The notes beneath the pieces were generated by a model that made no database searches, was not told where the DNA came from, and saw only the letters and a list, made by a program, of their open reading frames with translations. Positions 1 to 8,086 of a stretch of DNA of 32,000 nt are shown here, piece by piece. This stretch comes from an uncultured Actinomycetota bacterium (GTDB lineage Bacteria > Actinomycetota > Actinomycetes > Mycobacteriales > Mycobacteriaceae), in NCBI GenBank assembly GCA_963711445.1, contig CAVQEF010000003.1, positions 330,595-362,594 of the forward strand. Direction: 5' to 3'. Each line of letters opens with the position of its first letter. Position 1 is the stretch's first letter. The position numbers were made by a program, and so were the translations under genes.

Positions 1-88
1 GGGTGGAGACCACGCCGGGCTGCCTGCGGATCAAATCCTGCATGCCCCAGAAGCAGCCGCCGGCCAGTATCGCCTTGTGGGTTGTCAT
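1..88 (-). CDS. msrA: Peptide methionine-S-sulfoxide reductase MsrA, 5' end only (gene continues past the left edge)
   Basis: There is a minus-strand ATG at 88-86, with GAGGAGGA (complement of 95-102) 6 nt upstream. The translation [29 protein letters not shown] contains the MsrA catalytic GCFWG motif. It is absent from the ORF track because it is truncated. Confidence 0.8.
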   Translation of the reverse strand, partial: MTTHKAILAGGCFWGMQDLIRRQPGVVST

Positions 89-167
89 AGCTTGTCCTCC
101 TCGGGAACCGATGACGCTGCCCAGGCTACACTCCGGCGATGACCCGCAACGGCGCAAAGGAACGCTC

Positions 168-674
168 GTGAGCACGCCAGAATTCACCCGCGAGGAGCTG
201 TCGGCGGCCTTCGAGAAGTTCGAGCAGACGGTGGCCCGCGCCGCCGAGACGCGGGACTGGGAGGCCTGGGTCGGCCAGTACACGCCCGACGTCGACTACA
301 TCGAGCACGCGATGGGCACCATGCACGGCCGCGACGAAGTGCGCGAGTGGATCGGGCGGACGATGTCGACCTTCCCGGGCAGCCACATGGTCGCGTTCCC
401 GTCGTTGTGGTCGGTCATCGACGAGTCCACCGGGCGCATCATCTGCGAATTGGACAACCCGATGCGCGACCCCGGCGACGGGACCGTCATCAGCGCGACC
501 AACATCTCCATCGTCACCTACGCCGGCGACGGGCAGTGGTGCCGTCAGGAAGACATCTACAACCCGCTGCGCTTCCTGAAAGCGGGAATGAAGTGGTGCC
601 GCAAGGCCCAGGCCCTGGGCACCCTCGACGACGACGCCGCACGCTGGATGCAGCGGTACGAGGGATCGGCGTGA
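168..674 (+). CDS. SnoaL/NTF2-like conserved hypothetical protein (Rv0138-like by position)
   Basis: This is track frame 3..674. I prefer GTG 168 because AAGGAA at 157-162 sits 5 nt upstream. ATG 111 is only 22 nt from the divergent msrA start and has a weak SD. The stop TGA at 672-674 overlaps the next start (GTGA). Confidence 0.6.
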   Translation: MSTPEFTREELSAAFEKFEQTVARAAETRDWEAWVGQYTPDVDYIEHAMGTMHGRDEVREWIGRTMSTFPGSHMVAFPSLWSVIDESTGRIICELDNPMRDPGDGTVISATNISIVTYAGDGQWCRQEDIYNPLRFLKAGMKWCRKAQALGTLDDDAARWMQRYEGSA

Positions 675-1675
675 GCGCACCGAAACTCGTCATCGGTGCC
701 AACGGTTTTCTGGGGTCGCACGTCACCCGGCAGCTCGTCGCCGACGGACACGAGGTCCGCGCGATGGTGCGCCCGAGCGCGAACACCCGCGCGATCGACG
801 ACCTGGAGCTGACCCGCTGTCACGGCGACGTGTTCGACACCGAAACGCTGGGCGAGGCGATGGACGGCGTCGACGACGTCTACTACTGCGTCGTCGACAC
901 GCGCGCGTGGCTGCGCGACCCGTCCCCGCTGTTCCGCACCAACGTCGAGGGCCTGCGCAATGTCCTCGACGTCGCCGCCAAGGCCGACCTGCGCCGGTTC
1001 GTCTTCACCAGCACCTACGCGACCGTGGGCCGGCGGCACGGGCACGTGGCGACCGAGGACGACGTCATCGGCGCCCGGGAGCTGTCGCGCCTGACGCCCT
1101 ATGTCCAGTCCCGGGTCCAGGCCGAGAACCTGGTGATGCAATACGTGGCCGACGCCGGCCTGCCCGCGGTGGCGATGTGCGTCTCGACGACCTACGGCAG
1201 CGGCGACTGGGGCGGCACCCCGCACGGTGCGTTCATCGCCGGCGCGGTCTTCGGCAAGCTGCCCTTCCTGATGAACGGCATCCAGCTCGAGGTCGTCGGC
1301 GTCGACGACGCCGCGGCGGCCATGCTGCTGGCCGCCGAACGCGGGCGCATCGGGGAGCGGTACCTGGTCTCGGAAAAGATGATGCCGCTCACCGACGTCG
1401 TGCGGATCGCCGCCGACGAGGCCGGGGTGCCGCCGCCGCGACGCTCGATCCCGGTGCCCGCGCTCTACGCCCTGGGGGCGCTGGGCAGCCTGCGGGCCCG
1501 GCTCACCGGCAAGGACGCCGAGCTCAGCCTCACGTCGGTGCGCATGATGCGCGCCGAGGCCCCCGTCGACAGCGGCAAGGCGAAGCGCGAACTGGGCTGG
1601 CGGCCGCGCCCGGTCGAGGAGTCGATCCGGGAGGCCGCCCGGTTCTGGGCGGCGATGCGCACCGCCAAGGCGTGA
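671..1675 (+). CDS. NAD-dependent epimerase/dehydratase-type extended SDR
   Basis: GTG 671 lies in the frame of track ORF 347..1675 and overlaps the upstream stop. The N-terminal Rossmann motif is VIGANGFLGSHV (GxxGxxG). The extended-SDR layout is present (FVFTSTYATVG ... PYVQSRVQAE). Confidence 0.8.
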   Translation: MSAPKLVIGANGFLGSHVTRQLVADGHEVRAMVRPSANTRAIDDLELTRCHGDVFDTETLGEAMDGVDDVYYCVVDTRAWLRDPSPLFRTNVEGLRNVLDVAAKADLRRFVFTSTYATVGRRHGHVATEDDVIGARELSRLTPYVQSRVQAENLVMQYVADAGLPAVAMCVSTTYGSGDWGGTPHGAFIAGAVFGKLPFLMNGIQLEVVGVDDAAAAMLLAAERGRIGERYLVSEKMMPLTDVVRIAADEAGVPPPRRSIPVPALYALGALGSLRARLTGKDAELSLTSVRMMRAEAPVDSGKAKRELGWRPRPVEESIREAARFWAAMRTAKA

Positions 1676-1751
1676 GGCGCGGCGACAGCGGGAAGCCTTC
1701 AGGGCGCTGCGGTGTTGAACCGGTCACCCGCCGTCTGAGGAGGTAACAACC

Positions 1752-2129
1752 ATGAGCCACCCCGAAATCAAGGAACCCAGCGCCGGACACCCCATCACCA
1801 TCGAGCCGACACAGGGACGGGTGCAGGTCCGCGTCAACGGCGAACTGGTCGCCGACACCACCGCGGCCCTGCAGCTGCGGGAGGCCACTTTGCCCGTGGT
1901 GCAATACATCCCGATGGGCGACGTGGCCGAACACCGGCTGGCCCGCACCGACACCAGCACCTACTGCCCGTTCAAGGGTGCGGCCAGCTACTACAGCGTG
2001 ACCACCCCGGCCGGCACCGTCGCCGACGCGGTCTGGACGTACGAGGAGCCCTACCCCGCGGTCGCGGCGATCGCCGGGCACGTCGCCTTCTACCCCGACA
2101 AGGCCGAGATCAGCGTGTCGGCTCAGTAG
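1752..2129 (+). CDS. DUF427 domain protein
   Basis: A 125-aa ORF starts at an ATG preceded by GAGGAGG at 1737-1743. The sequence (PITIEPTQGRVQVRVNGELVADT ... YCPFKGAASYYS) is typical of DUF427. Confidence 0.75.
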   Translation: MSHPEIKEPSAGHPITIEPTQGRVQVRVNGELVADTTAALQLREATLPVVQYIPMGDVAEHRLARTDTSTYCPFKGAASYYSVTTPAGTVADAVWTYEEPYPAVAAIAGHVAFYPDKAEISVSAQ

Positions 2130-2560
2130 GGAATCCACCCCGGCATCGCCGCCGCCTGCGTCCGGGTGTCGCTGTAGAGGCGCATCGAGACGATCATCCC
2201 GTCGCGGGTGTCGAATATGCACACGAACGGGCTGTCGTAACTGGCGCCGTCGGTGGTGGTGCCGGTGGCCTGGGCCTCCACGACCACCGTGTCACCCTCG
2301 TTGACGCAGCGCACCAGGTCGATGGTCAGTTCGAGTTCTGCTTTGCGCCGCTCGATCGCCCGGCGGAACGTCGCCTTGTCGCAGGACGTGCGCGTGTAGA
2401 GCGTCCAATAGGTGAAGTCCTCGCTGAGCAGCGCGAAGCCCTCCTCCAAGTCGCCGCCGTCGCTCGTGCTCTGCAGGAACATCCAAGCCAGTTCGCCCTG
2501 CGGGTCGTCGAACGGCGTCGCCACATCGCAATACTGTCCTGGGAGGCGGTCAACGGTCAA
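2123..2560 (-). CDS. NTF2/SnoaL-like small protein (Rv0141c-like by position); start uncertain
   Basis: The 145-aa track ORF starts at a TTG (2560-2558) with no SD. An alternative GTG at 2524 would give 133 aa. GC3 is high throughout. Its 3' end overlaps the convergent DUF427 gene by 7 nt. Confidence 0.55.
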   Translation of the reverse strand: MTVDRLPGQYCDVATPFDDPQGELAWMFLQSTSDGGDLEEGFALLSEDFTYWTLYTRTSCDKATFRRAIERRKAELELTIDLVRCVNEGDTVVVEAQATGTTTDGASYDSPFVCIFDTRDGMIVSMRLYSDTRTQAAAMPGWIPY

Positions 2561-2592
2561 TCGGCCCGGCCGCCCGGGATCGGAGGTGTGGG

Positions 2593-3504
2593 ATGCAGAG
2601 CGAGCGCACCGTCACGTTCCCCGGGCCGGTCGCCTTCCGCGCCACCCTGGCCCCGCTGCGGCGGGGACACCGCGATCCGTGCTTCCGGGTGGACGGCGAC
2701 GGCTGCATCTGGCGGACGAGCCTGCTGGGCTCGGGACCCGTCACCGCCCGGATCGCCCGCGTGGCGCCCGACGCCGTCCGGTGCGTGGCGTGGGGCGGCG
2801 GGGCGCCGCAGTTCGTCGAGCAGCTGCCCGCCCTGCTCGGCGCGCACGACGACGCCTCGGGCTTCGTGCCGCGGGACCCGACGGTCGCCGCCGCGCACCG
2901 GCGGGCGCCGCACCTGCGCCTGGGCCGCACGGGCCAGGTGCTGGAGGCGCTGATCCCGGCGATCATCGAGCAGCGGGTGCCGGGCGCCGACGCCTTCCGG
3001 TCCTGGCGGCTGCTGGTGTCCAGGTACGGGGCGCCGGCACCGGGACCGGCGCCGCCCGGCATGCGGGTCCCGCCGTCGGCCGTCACATGGCGAACCATCC
3101 CGTCGTGGGAATTCCATCGCGCCAACGTCGACCCCGGGCGCGCGCGGACGGTGGTGGGCTGCGCGCGCCGGGCGGAGGCGCTGCAGCGGCTCGTGTCGCG
3201 CCCGGCGGCGCAGGCGCGCGCGGCGCTGACCTCGCTGCCCGGTGTAGGGGAGTGGACGGCCGCCGAGACCGCGCAGCGGGCGTTCGGTGACGCCGACGCC
3301 GTGTCGGTCGGTGACTACCACGTCCCGAAGATGGTCGGCTGGACGCTGCTGGGCCGCCCGGTCGACGACGCGGGCATGCTCGAGTTACTGGAGCCGATGC
3401 GACCGCACCGCCACCGGGTGGTGCGGCTGCTCGAGGTCAGCGGCCTGGCTTACGAGCCGCGGCGCGGGGCGCGGTTGCCGGTGCAGCGGATCAGCGCGCT
3501 CTAG
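2593..3504 (+). CDS. HhH-GPD superfamily DNA glycosylase (AlkA / 3-methyladenine glycosylase II-like)
   Basis: ATG 2593 is preceded by GGAGG at 2582-2586. The helix-hairpin-helix segment LTSLPGVGEWTAAETAQRAFGDADAVSVGDYHV is followed by Asp residues, as in AlkA-type enzymes. Confidence 0.7.
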   Translation: MQSERTVTFPGPVAFRATLAPLRRGHRDPCFRVDGDGCIWRTSLLGSGPVTARIARVAPDAVRCVAWGGGAPQFVEQLPALLGAHDDASGFVPRDPTVAAAHRRAPHLRLGRTGQVLEALIPAIIEQRVPGADAFRSWRLLVSRYGAPAPGPAPPGMRVPPSAVTWRTIPSWEFHRANVDPGRARTVVGCARRAEALQRLVSRPAAQARAALTSLPGVGEWTAAETAQRAFGDADAVSVGDYHVPKMVGWTLLGRPVDDAGMLELLEPMRPHRHRVVRLLEVSGLAYEPRRGARLPVQRISAL

Positions 3505-3509
3505 CAACG

Positions 3510-3536
3510 GGATTACCCGGCGGCGGCGTCGGGTAT
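3510..3536 (+). promoter_or_regulatory. Candidate SigF-type promoter for dps (GGATT-N16-GGGTAT)
   Basis: GGGTAT at 3531-3536 matches the mycobacterial SigF -10 consensus GGGTA(T/C). GGATT at 3510-3514 is 16 nt upstream, one mismatch from the GGTTT/GTTT -35. The site lies 46 nt upstream of the dps ATG. The same bases form an imperfect inverted repeat (3510-3538), so a terminator for the upstream gene is an alternative reading. Confidence 0.3.
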
Positions 3537-3581
3537 CCGTGCGGGGAACATGACCGTGTGCAAACACAGGGGGAGCAAGCC

Positions 3582-4124
3582 ATGACGCAGTTCACAATTC
3601 CCGGCCTGACCGACAAAGAGGGCGCGCGGCTCGCCGAATTGCTGCAGAAGCAATTGAGCACCTACAACGATCTGCACCTGACGCTCAAGCACATCCACTG
3701 GAACGTGGTGGGACCCAACTTCATCGGCGTGCACGAGATGATCGACCCGCAGGTGGAGGCGGTGCGCGGCTACGCCGACGAGGTGGCCGAGCGGATCGCG
3801 GCCCTGGGCGCGTCCCCGCTCGGCACGCCGGGAGCGATCGTCAAGGACCGCACCTGGGACGACTACTCGGTGGGCCGCGACACCGTGCAGGCACACCTGG
3901 CCGCGCTGGACCTCGTCTACACCGGCGTCATCGAAGACCTGCGCAAAGGCATCGACGAGACCGAGGAGCTGGACCCGGTCACCCAGGACATCCTGATCGA
4001 TCAGGCCGCCGCGCTGGAGAAGTTCCAGTGGTTCGTGCGGGCCCACCTGGAGAGCGCAGGCGGGAAGCTGACCCACGAGGGCGCGTCGCGCGAACGCGAG
4101 GCCGCCAGCAGGGCGCGCGGGTAG
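3582..4124 (+). CDS. dps: Dps (DNA-binding ferritin-like protein from starved cells)
   Basis: ATG 3582 is preceded by GGGGGAG at 3569-3575, and I prefer it to the track GTG at 3558. The protein MTQFTIPGLTDKEGARLAELLQKQLSTYNDLHLTLKHIHWNVVGPNFIGVHEMIDPQVE... is near-colinear with my recollection of M. smegmatis Dps1. It includes the ferroxidase His/Asp/Glu positions and a basic C-terminal tail. Confidence 0.9.
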   Translation: MTQFTIPGLTDKEGARLAELLQKQLSTYNDLHLTLKHIHWNVVGPNFIGVHEMIDPQVEAVRGYADEVAERIAALGASPLGTPGAIVKDRTWDDYSVGRDTVQAHLAALDLVYTGVIEDLRKGIDETEELDPVTQDILIDQAAALEKFQWFVRAHLESAGGKLTHEGASREREAASRARG

Positions 4125-4132
4125 CCCGCGCG
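4114..4132. terminator. Short GC hairpin with the dps stop codon in its loop
   Basis: CGCGCGGG (4114-4121), TAG (4122-4124) and CCCGCGCG (4125-4132) form an 8-bp stem with a 3-nt loop. It sits between the convergent dps and ClC genes. There is no U-tract. Confidence 0.3.
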
Positions 4133-4147
4133 GCGGCGGCGCAACCT

Positions 4148-4173
4148 CTACCCGCGGGCCCTACCCGCGGGCC
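4148..4173. repeat. Perfect 13-bp tandem duplication CTACCCGCGGGCC x2
   Basis: Copy 1 is 4148-4160 and copy 2 is 4161-4173, and they are identical. Copy 2 contains the ClC stop codon (complement of 4161-4163). Each copy carries the palindrome CCCGCGGG. Confidence 0.9.
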
Positions 4174-6167
4174 GCGGCCGAATGCTGTTCGCGGACAACG
4201 TTGGTGGGGACGAGGATGTTGATCCGGTCGCCCGGGTTGAGCCGGACGGCGACGTCGGCGTCCATGAGTTGCCGGTCGTGGATCACCGATACTGGGAAAT
4301 ACCCTGGTGGCCATTCCAATTCGGCGACGGCGTGGCCGATCGCGACCGACTCCGGCGCCAGGGTGTGTTCGACGATGCGGTAACCCGACAGCTGGCTGCG
4401 CGGATCATGTTCGGCCCGTGCGGCTTTCGGGTCGGCCCACTCGGCAGCCTGGTGGCTGGCCGCGATGTCCGGATAGGCAGCGGCGAGGTGGTTGCCGACC
4501 GCGCGCAGCACGTCCTGGTTGGTCAGCCAGCCCTGCACCCGGCGCGCCTCGGTGTCGATGACCGGAAGCCCGTCGCGCCCGTACAGCACCAGCTGGCGCA
4601 ACGCCTGGGCCAGGCTGTCGTTGGCGAACAGCGCCTGCGGCTGGCGCACCCGTGTCACAGGTCCGAGTTCGGTGGCCCAATCCCGGTGCGTGTCCTCGAT
4701 GGGGACGAGATCCAGCGGCACCTCGAACGGGTGCATGGCATCGGCGGCCGTGAGGTGGGCGAAGGCGTGCGTGGGCGTCGGGCGGTCGATGTCGATGCCC
4801 CGGCGCAGCAGCTTGGTGGTGTAGATGGTGCCGTAGGACAGCATCCGTGACACCGTGGTGGCGACGGCGACCGCCAGCATCACCGGAAGGGTGAGCGTGA
4901 AGTCCCCGGTCATCTCCACCGTGCTGGCCAGCGCGGTGAGCGGCGCCCGTGCGGCCGAGGCGAACACCGCGCCCATCCCGACGATCGCGTAGAGCGCGGG
5001 TTCCCCGACGCCCGGGCCGATCAGGTGGTGCACGACCACCCCGAAGGCCATGCCCGACGTGGCGCCGATGAACAGCGCGGGCGCGAAGACACCGCCCGAG
5101 CCGCCGATGCCGATGGTCAGCCCGCAGGCCAGCATCTTGCCCGCGGCCAGAATCACCAGGAACCACAGCGCGTAATGGCCGGCGAACGCGTTGTACATCA
5201 CCGGGTAGCCCACCCCGTAGAGCTGCGGCACGGCAAGCAGCAGCAACCCGAGCACGACGCCGCCGACGGCCGGTCGCGCCCAATCCGGGCGCCGGCCCCA
5301 CGCCCGGTCGCAAAGGTCCTCGGTCTTGTACAGCACGTTCTTGAAGACGATCCCGATCACCCCGGCGATCGCCGCGAGCAGCGCGATCAGCAGGTAATTG
5401 GCAATGTGGTCGAGCTGGATGCCGGTGGGCAGCTGGGTGAGGAAGGGGGCCGAGCCGAAGAAGACCCGGGCGATGACGTCGGCGACCATCGCCGAGAGCA
5501 TGATCGTGAAGATCGCCTCGACGGAAAGCTCGCGCAGCACCAGTTCGACGGCGAAGAACACGCCGGTGATGGGGGCGTTGAACGTCGCCGAGATGCCCCC
5601 CGCCGCGCCGCAGGCCACCAGCACCCGCAGCCGGTTCTCCGGCATCCGGACCCACTGGCCCATGCCGGACGCCAGCGCCGCGCCGATCTGCACGATCGGG
5701 CCTTCCCTGCCGACCGAGCCGCCCGCGCCGATGCACAGCGCCGAGGCCAGCGCCTTGACCACCGTCACCTGGGGACGGATCCGGCCGCCGTTCTCGGCCA
5801 CCGCGATCATGACCTCGGGCACGCCGTGGCCCCGCGCCTCACGGGCGAACCGGGAGATCAGCGGGCCGTACAACAGCCCCCCGATGACCGGGATCAGCAC
5901 GAAGAACCCGATCCCGACCCAGGGCAGGTGGTCGCTGCCGACCCAGCCCTGCTGGCCGAACTCGTCGTGTCCGGTGGCCAGCCAGGTGAAGCTGAAGATC
6001 AGGTAGCGAAACCCCACGGCGCCGATCCCGGCGCCGATGCCCACCACGAGCGCTATGCAGAAAAGCCCGAGGCGATTCGCCCGCAGCCAGCCCGCGGCCC
6101 GCCCGGCCGCGTAGGACACCGTGCGCGGCACCCGCCCCGGATCAACGACCGATTTCTCCTGCCCCAT
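4161..6167 (-). CDS. ClC-family chloride channel / H+-Cl- exchanger with cytoplasmic CBS-like and RCK_C (TrkA_C)-like C-terminal region
   Basis: This is a 668-aa ORF with the ClC selectivity motifs GHGVPEV, GREGP (with the gating Glu) and GGVFAP. Many hydrophobic segments run to about residue 450. The tail contains LPVIDTEARRVQGWLTNQDVLRAV (CBS-like). It also contains GYRIVEHTLAPESVAIGHAVAELEWPPGYFPVSVIHDRQLMDADVAVRLNPGDRINILV (RCK_C-like). Confidence 0.85.
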   Translation of the reverse strand: MGQEKSVVDPGRVPRTVSYAAGRAAGWLRANRLGLFCIALVVGIGAGIGAVGFRYLIFSFTWLATGHDEFGQQGWVGSDHLPWVGIGFFVLIPVIGGLLYGPLISRFAREARGHGVPEVMIAVAENGGRIRPQVTVVKALASALCIGAGGSVGREGPIVQIGAALASGMGQWVRMPENRLRVLVACGAAGGISATFNAPITGVFFAVELVLRELSVEAIFTIMLSAMVADVIARVFFGSAPFLTQLPTGIQLDHIANYLLIALLAAIAGVIGIVFKNVLYKTEDLCDRAWGRRPDWARPAVGGVVLGLLLLAVPQLYGVGYPVMYNAFAGHYALWFLVILAAGKMLACGLTIGIGGSGGVFAPALFIGATSGMAFGVVVHHLIGPGVGEPALYAIVGMGAVFASAARAPLTALASTVEMTGDFTLTLPVMLAVAVATTVSRMLSYGTIYTTKLLRRGIDIDRPTPTHAFAHLTAADAMHPFEVPLDLVPIEDTHRDWATELGPVTRVRQPQALFANDSLAQALRQLVLYGRDGLPVIDTEARRVQGWLTNQDVLRAVGNHLAAAYPDIAASHQAAEWADPKAARAEHDPRSQLSGYRIVEHTLAPESVAIGHAVAELEWPPGYFPVSVIHDRQLMDADVAVRLNPGDRINILVPTNVVREQHSAAARG

Positions 6168-6357
6168 TTGTCGTCACCCTCTCCCGCCGTCGACCTCTCA
6201 CCATTCGACCATTGCGGGAACGGGCACGTCGCGGCGGTCCTTCGCCGCGGCAAATATTGCCTTGTGAAACCTTCGCCGCGCACTTGTTGCGACGCCGCTC
6301 ACACGCCGGCGGGGCGGCCGTCTCCCCAAACGGCGCCCGCCGGTGCGGCACTCCGGA

Positions 6358-6381
6358 ATAATCGGACTGCGGTCCGGTTAT
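6358..6381. promoter_or_regulatory. Inverted repeat ATAATCGGAC-TGCG-GTCCGGTTAT upstream of the pirin-TetR operon (operator candidate)
   Basis: The arms are 10 bp (6358-6367 and 6372-6381) with 9 Watson-Crick pairs plus one T/G position. The repeat ends 30 nt upstream of the pirin ATG at 6411, in an AT-richer patch. Confidence 0.3.
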
Positions 6382-6410
6382 ACGGGTAGCTTTCGGATTG
6401 GGAGGTACAC

Positions 6411-7397
6411 ATGCCGGCCATCACCGCAGACCCGCTCACATTGCCCCGCATCGGCCCGGCCGCACCCGCCGACACCGAGCGGCCGGTCCGCAAGCTCAGC
6501 ACCGGTCGGCGCGGCTTCGAGGGCGAGGGCTTCCCCGTCGTCCGGGCCTTCGCCGGAATCAGCACCGCGCTGCTGGACCCGTTTGTGCACATGGACCAGA
6601 TGGGTGAGGTGGAATACCGGCCCGGGGAGCCCCGCGGTACCGACTGGCATCCGCACCGCGGCTTCGAAACGGTCACCTACATGCTCGACGGGCAGATCGC
6701 GCACCAGGATTCCCATGGCGGTGGCGGCCTGATCACCGACGGCGCGACGCAATGGATGACCGCCGGTGCGGGCATCCTGCACATCGAGACCCCGCCCGCC
6801 GACCTGGTGCAAAGCGGCGGCGTCTTCCACGGCGTCCAGCTGTGGGTGAACCTGCCCAAGGGGGACAAGTTCGCGCCGCCGCGATACCAGGCGATCGAGG
6901 GCGACGACGTGCGGTTGCTCGCCTCCGGCGACGGGGGCGCGCTGGTCCGCGTCATCGCCGGCGAGATCGACGGCCACCGCGGGCCCGGCGTCACGCACAC
7001 GCCGATCACCCTGGCACATGCGACGATTCACAACGGCGCCCGGCTCAACCTGCCGTGGCGGCGGGACTTCAACGCGTTGGTCTACGTGTTGTCCGGCAGC
7101 GGATACGTCGGTCCGGTCGCGCACCCGGTCCACCAGGGCCAGCTGGCGGTGCTGGGACCCGGCGATCGGATCACGCTGGGTGCCGGGTCGACCCGGCACT
7201 CGTCCGAAACGTCGGAAATCGACGTGTTGCTCTTGGGCGGACGGCCGATTCGTGAACCGGTATTCCACTACGGGCCTTTTGTGATGAACTCGCGGGCCGA
7301 AGTGATCGAGGCGCTGCACGACTACGAAGCCGGCAAGTTCGGCGTCATTCCGCCGAACGCGTTAATGCCGCATCACGGCGGTGGCACACTTTACTAG
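6411..7397 (+). CDS. Pirin-family cupin protein
   Basis: ATG 6411 is preceded by GGGAGG at 6400-6405. The N-terminal cupin metal-binding signature HPHRGFETVTYMLDG ... H is present. At 328 aa it matches two-domain pirins. Confidence 0.85.
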   Translation: MPAITADPLTLPRIGPAAPADTERPVRKLSTGRRGFEGEGFPVVRAFAGISTALLDPFVHMDQMGEVEYRPGEPRGTDWHPHRGFETVTYMLDGQIAHQDSHGGGGLITDGATQWMTAGAGILHIETPPADLVQSGGVFHGVQLWVNLPKGDKFAPPRYQAIEGDDVRLLASGDGGALVRVIAGEIDGHRGPGVTHTPITLAHATIHNGARLNLPWRRDFNALVYVLSGSGYVGPVAHPVHQGQLAVLGPGDRITLGAGSTRHSSETSEIDVLLLGGRPIREPVFHYGPFVMNSRAEVIEALHDYEAGKFGVIPPNALMPHHGGGTLY

Positions 7398-8032
7398 TGC
7401 CGCCCACGGCGAGTCGGCGCCCGGGTCGTCCGCCCGCGGCCAAGGCAGACGAGACACGCAAGCGCATCTTGCGTGCCGCTCGTCAGGTGTTCAGTGAACG
7501 CGGTTACGACGGAGCGACTTTCCAGGCGATTGCGGTTCGCGCCGACTTGACCAGGCCGGCCATCAATCACTACTTCTCCAGCAAGCGGGTGCTGTACCGG
7601 GAAGTGGTGGACCAGACCAACCAGGTCGTGGTCGCGGCCGGCATCGCACGGGCCCGGGGGGAGGACACCTTGATGGCACGGCTGGCGGCATTTCTTTCCA
7701 CCGCCATGCGCTCGAATTCCGAGAATCCCTCCGCGTCGGCGTTTTTGATCACCAACGTGCTGGAATCGCAGCGGCACCCGGAATTGCGCGCCACCGAGAA
7801 CGACGCCGTGCGAATGTCCCGGGAATTTCTGTTGTGGGCCGTCGACGAGGCGATCGAGCGCGGCGAGGTCCCCGTTGACATCAATGCCGCCGCCCTGGTC
7901 GAAACGCTGCTCGTGGTGCTGTGCGGCGCCGGATTCTATGCCGGTTACGTTCGGAGCTACCGCGAGATGGGGGCCGTCACCGAGACGTTGCGGCAATTGC
8001 TGGAAGGCGCGCTCTGGCGCCCCCCGCAGTGA
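7397..8032 (+). CDS. TetR-family transcriptional regulator
   Basis: GTG 7397 overlaps the pirin TAG (7395-7397) by 1 nt. The HTH region is RILRAARQVFSERGYDGATFQAIAVRADLTRPAINHYFSSKRVLY. Confidence 0.85.
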   Translation: MPPTASRRPGRPPAAKADETRKRILRAARQVFSERGYDGATFQAIAVRADLTRPAINHYFSSKRVLYREVVDQTNQVVVAAGIARARGEDTLMARLAAFLSTAMRSNSENPSASAFLITNVLESQRHPELRATENDAVRMSREFLLWAVDEAIERGEVPVDINAAALVETLLVVLCGAGFYAGYVRSYREMGAVTETLRQLLEGALWRPPQ

Positions 8033-8086
8033 CGTCGCGCACAAGCGTATAGATTGCCTAACTTATTCGGGTAACATGATCCCGAC

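Noticed and set aside
3505-3581. IdeR/Fur-type iron box upstream of dps
   Set aside because: I could not find anything resembling the IdeR 19-bp dyad (TTAGGTTAGGCTAACCTAA type) in this spacer.
4405-6389. 443-aa minus-strand and 454-aa plus-strand ORFs overlapping the ClC gene
   Set aside because: They are off-frame or antisense to a gene with all ClC signature motifs. They are Arg/Gly/Pro/Asp-rich with no hydrophobic segments or motifs.
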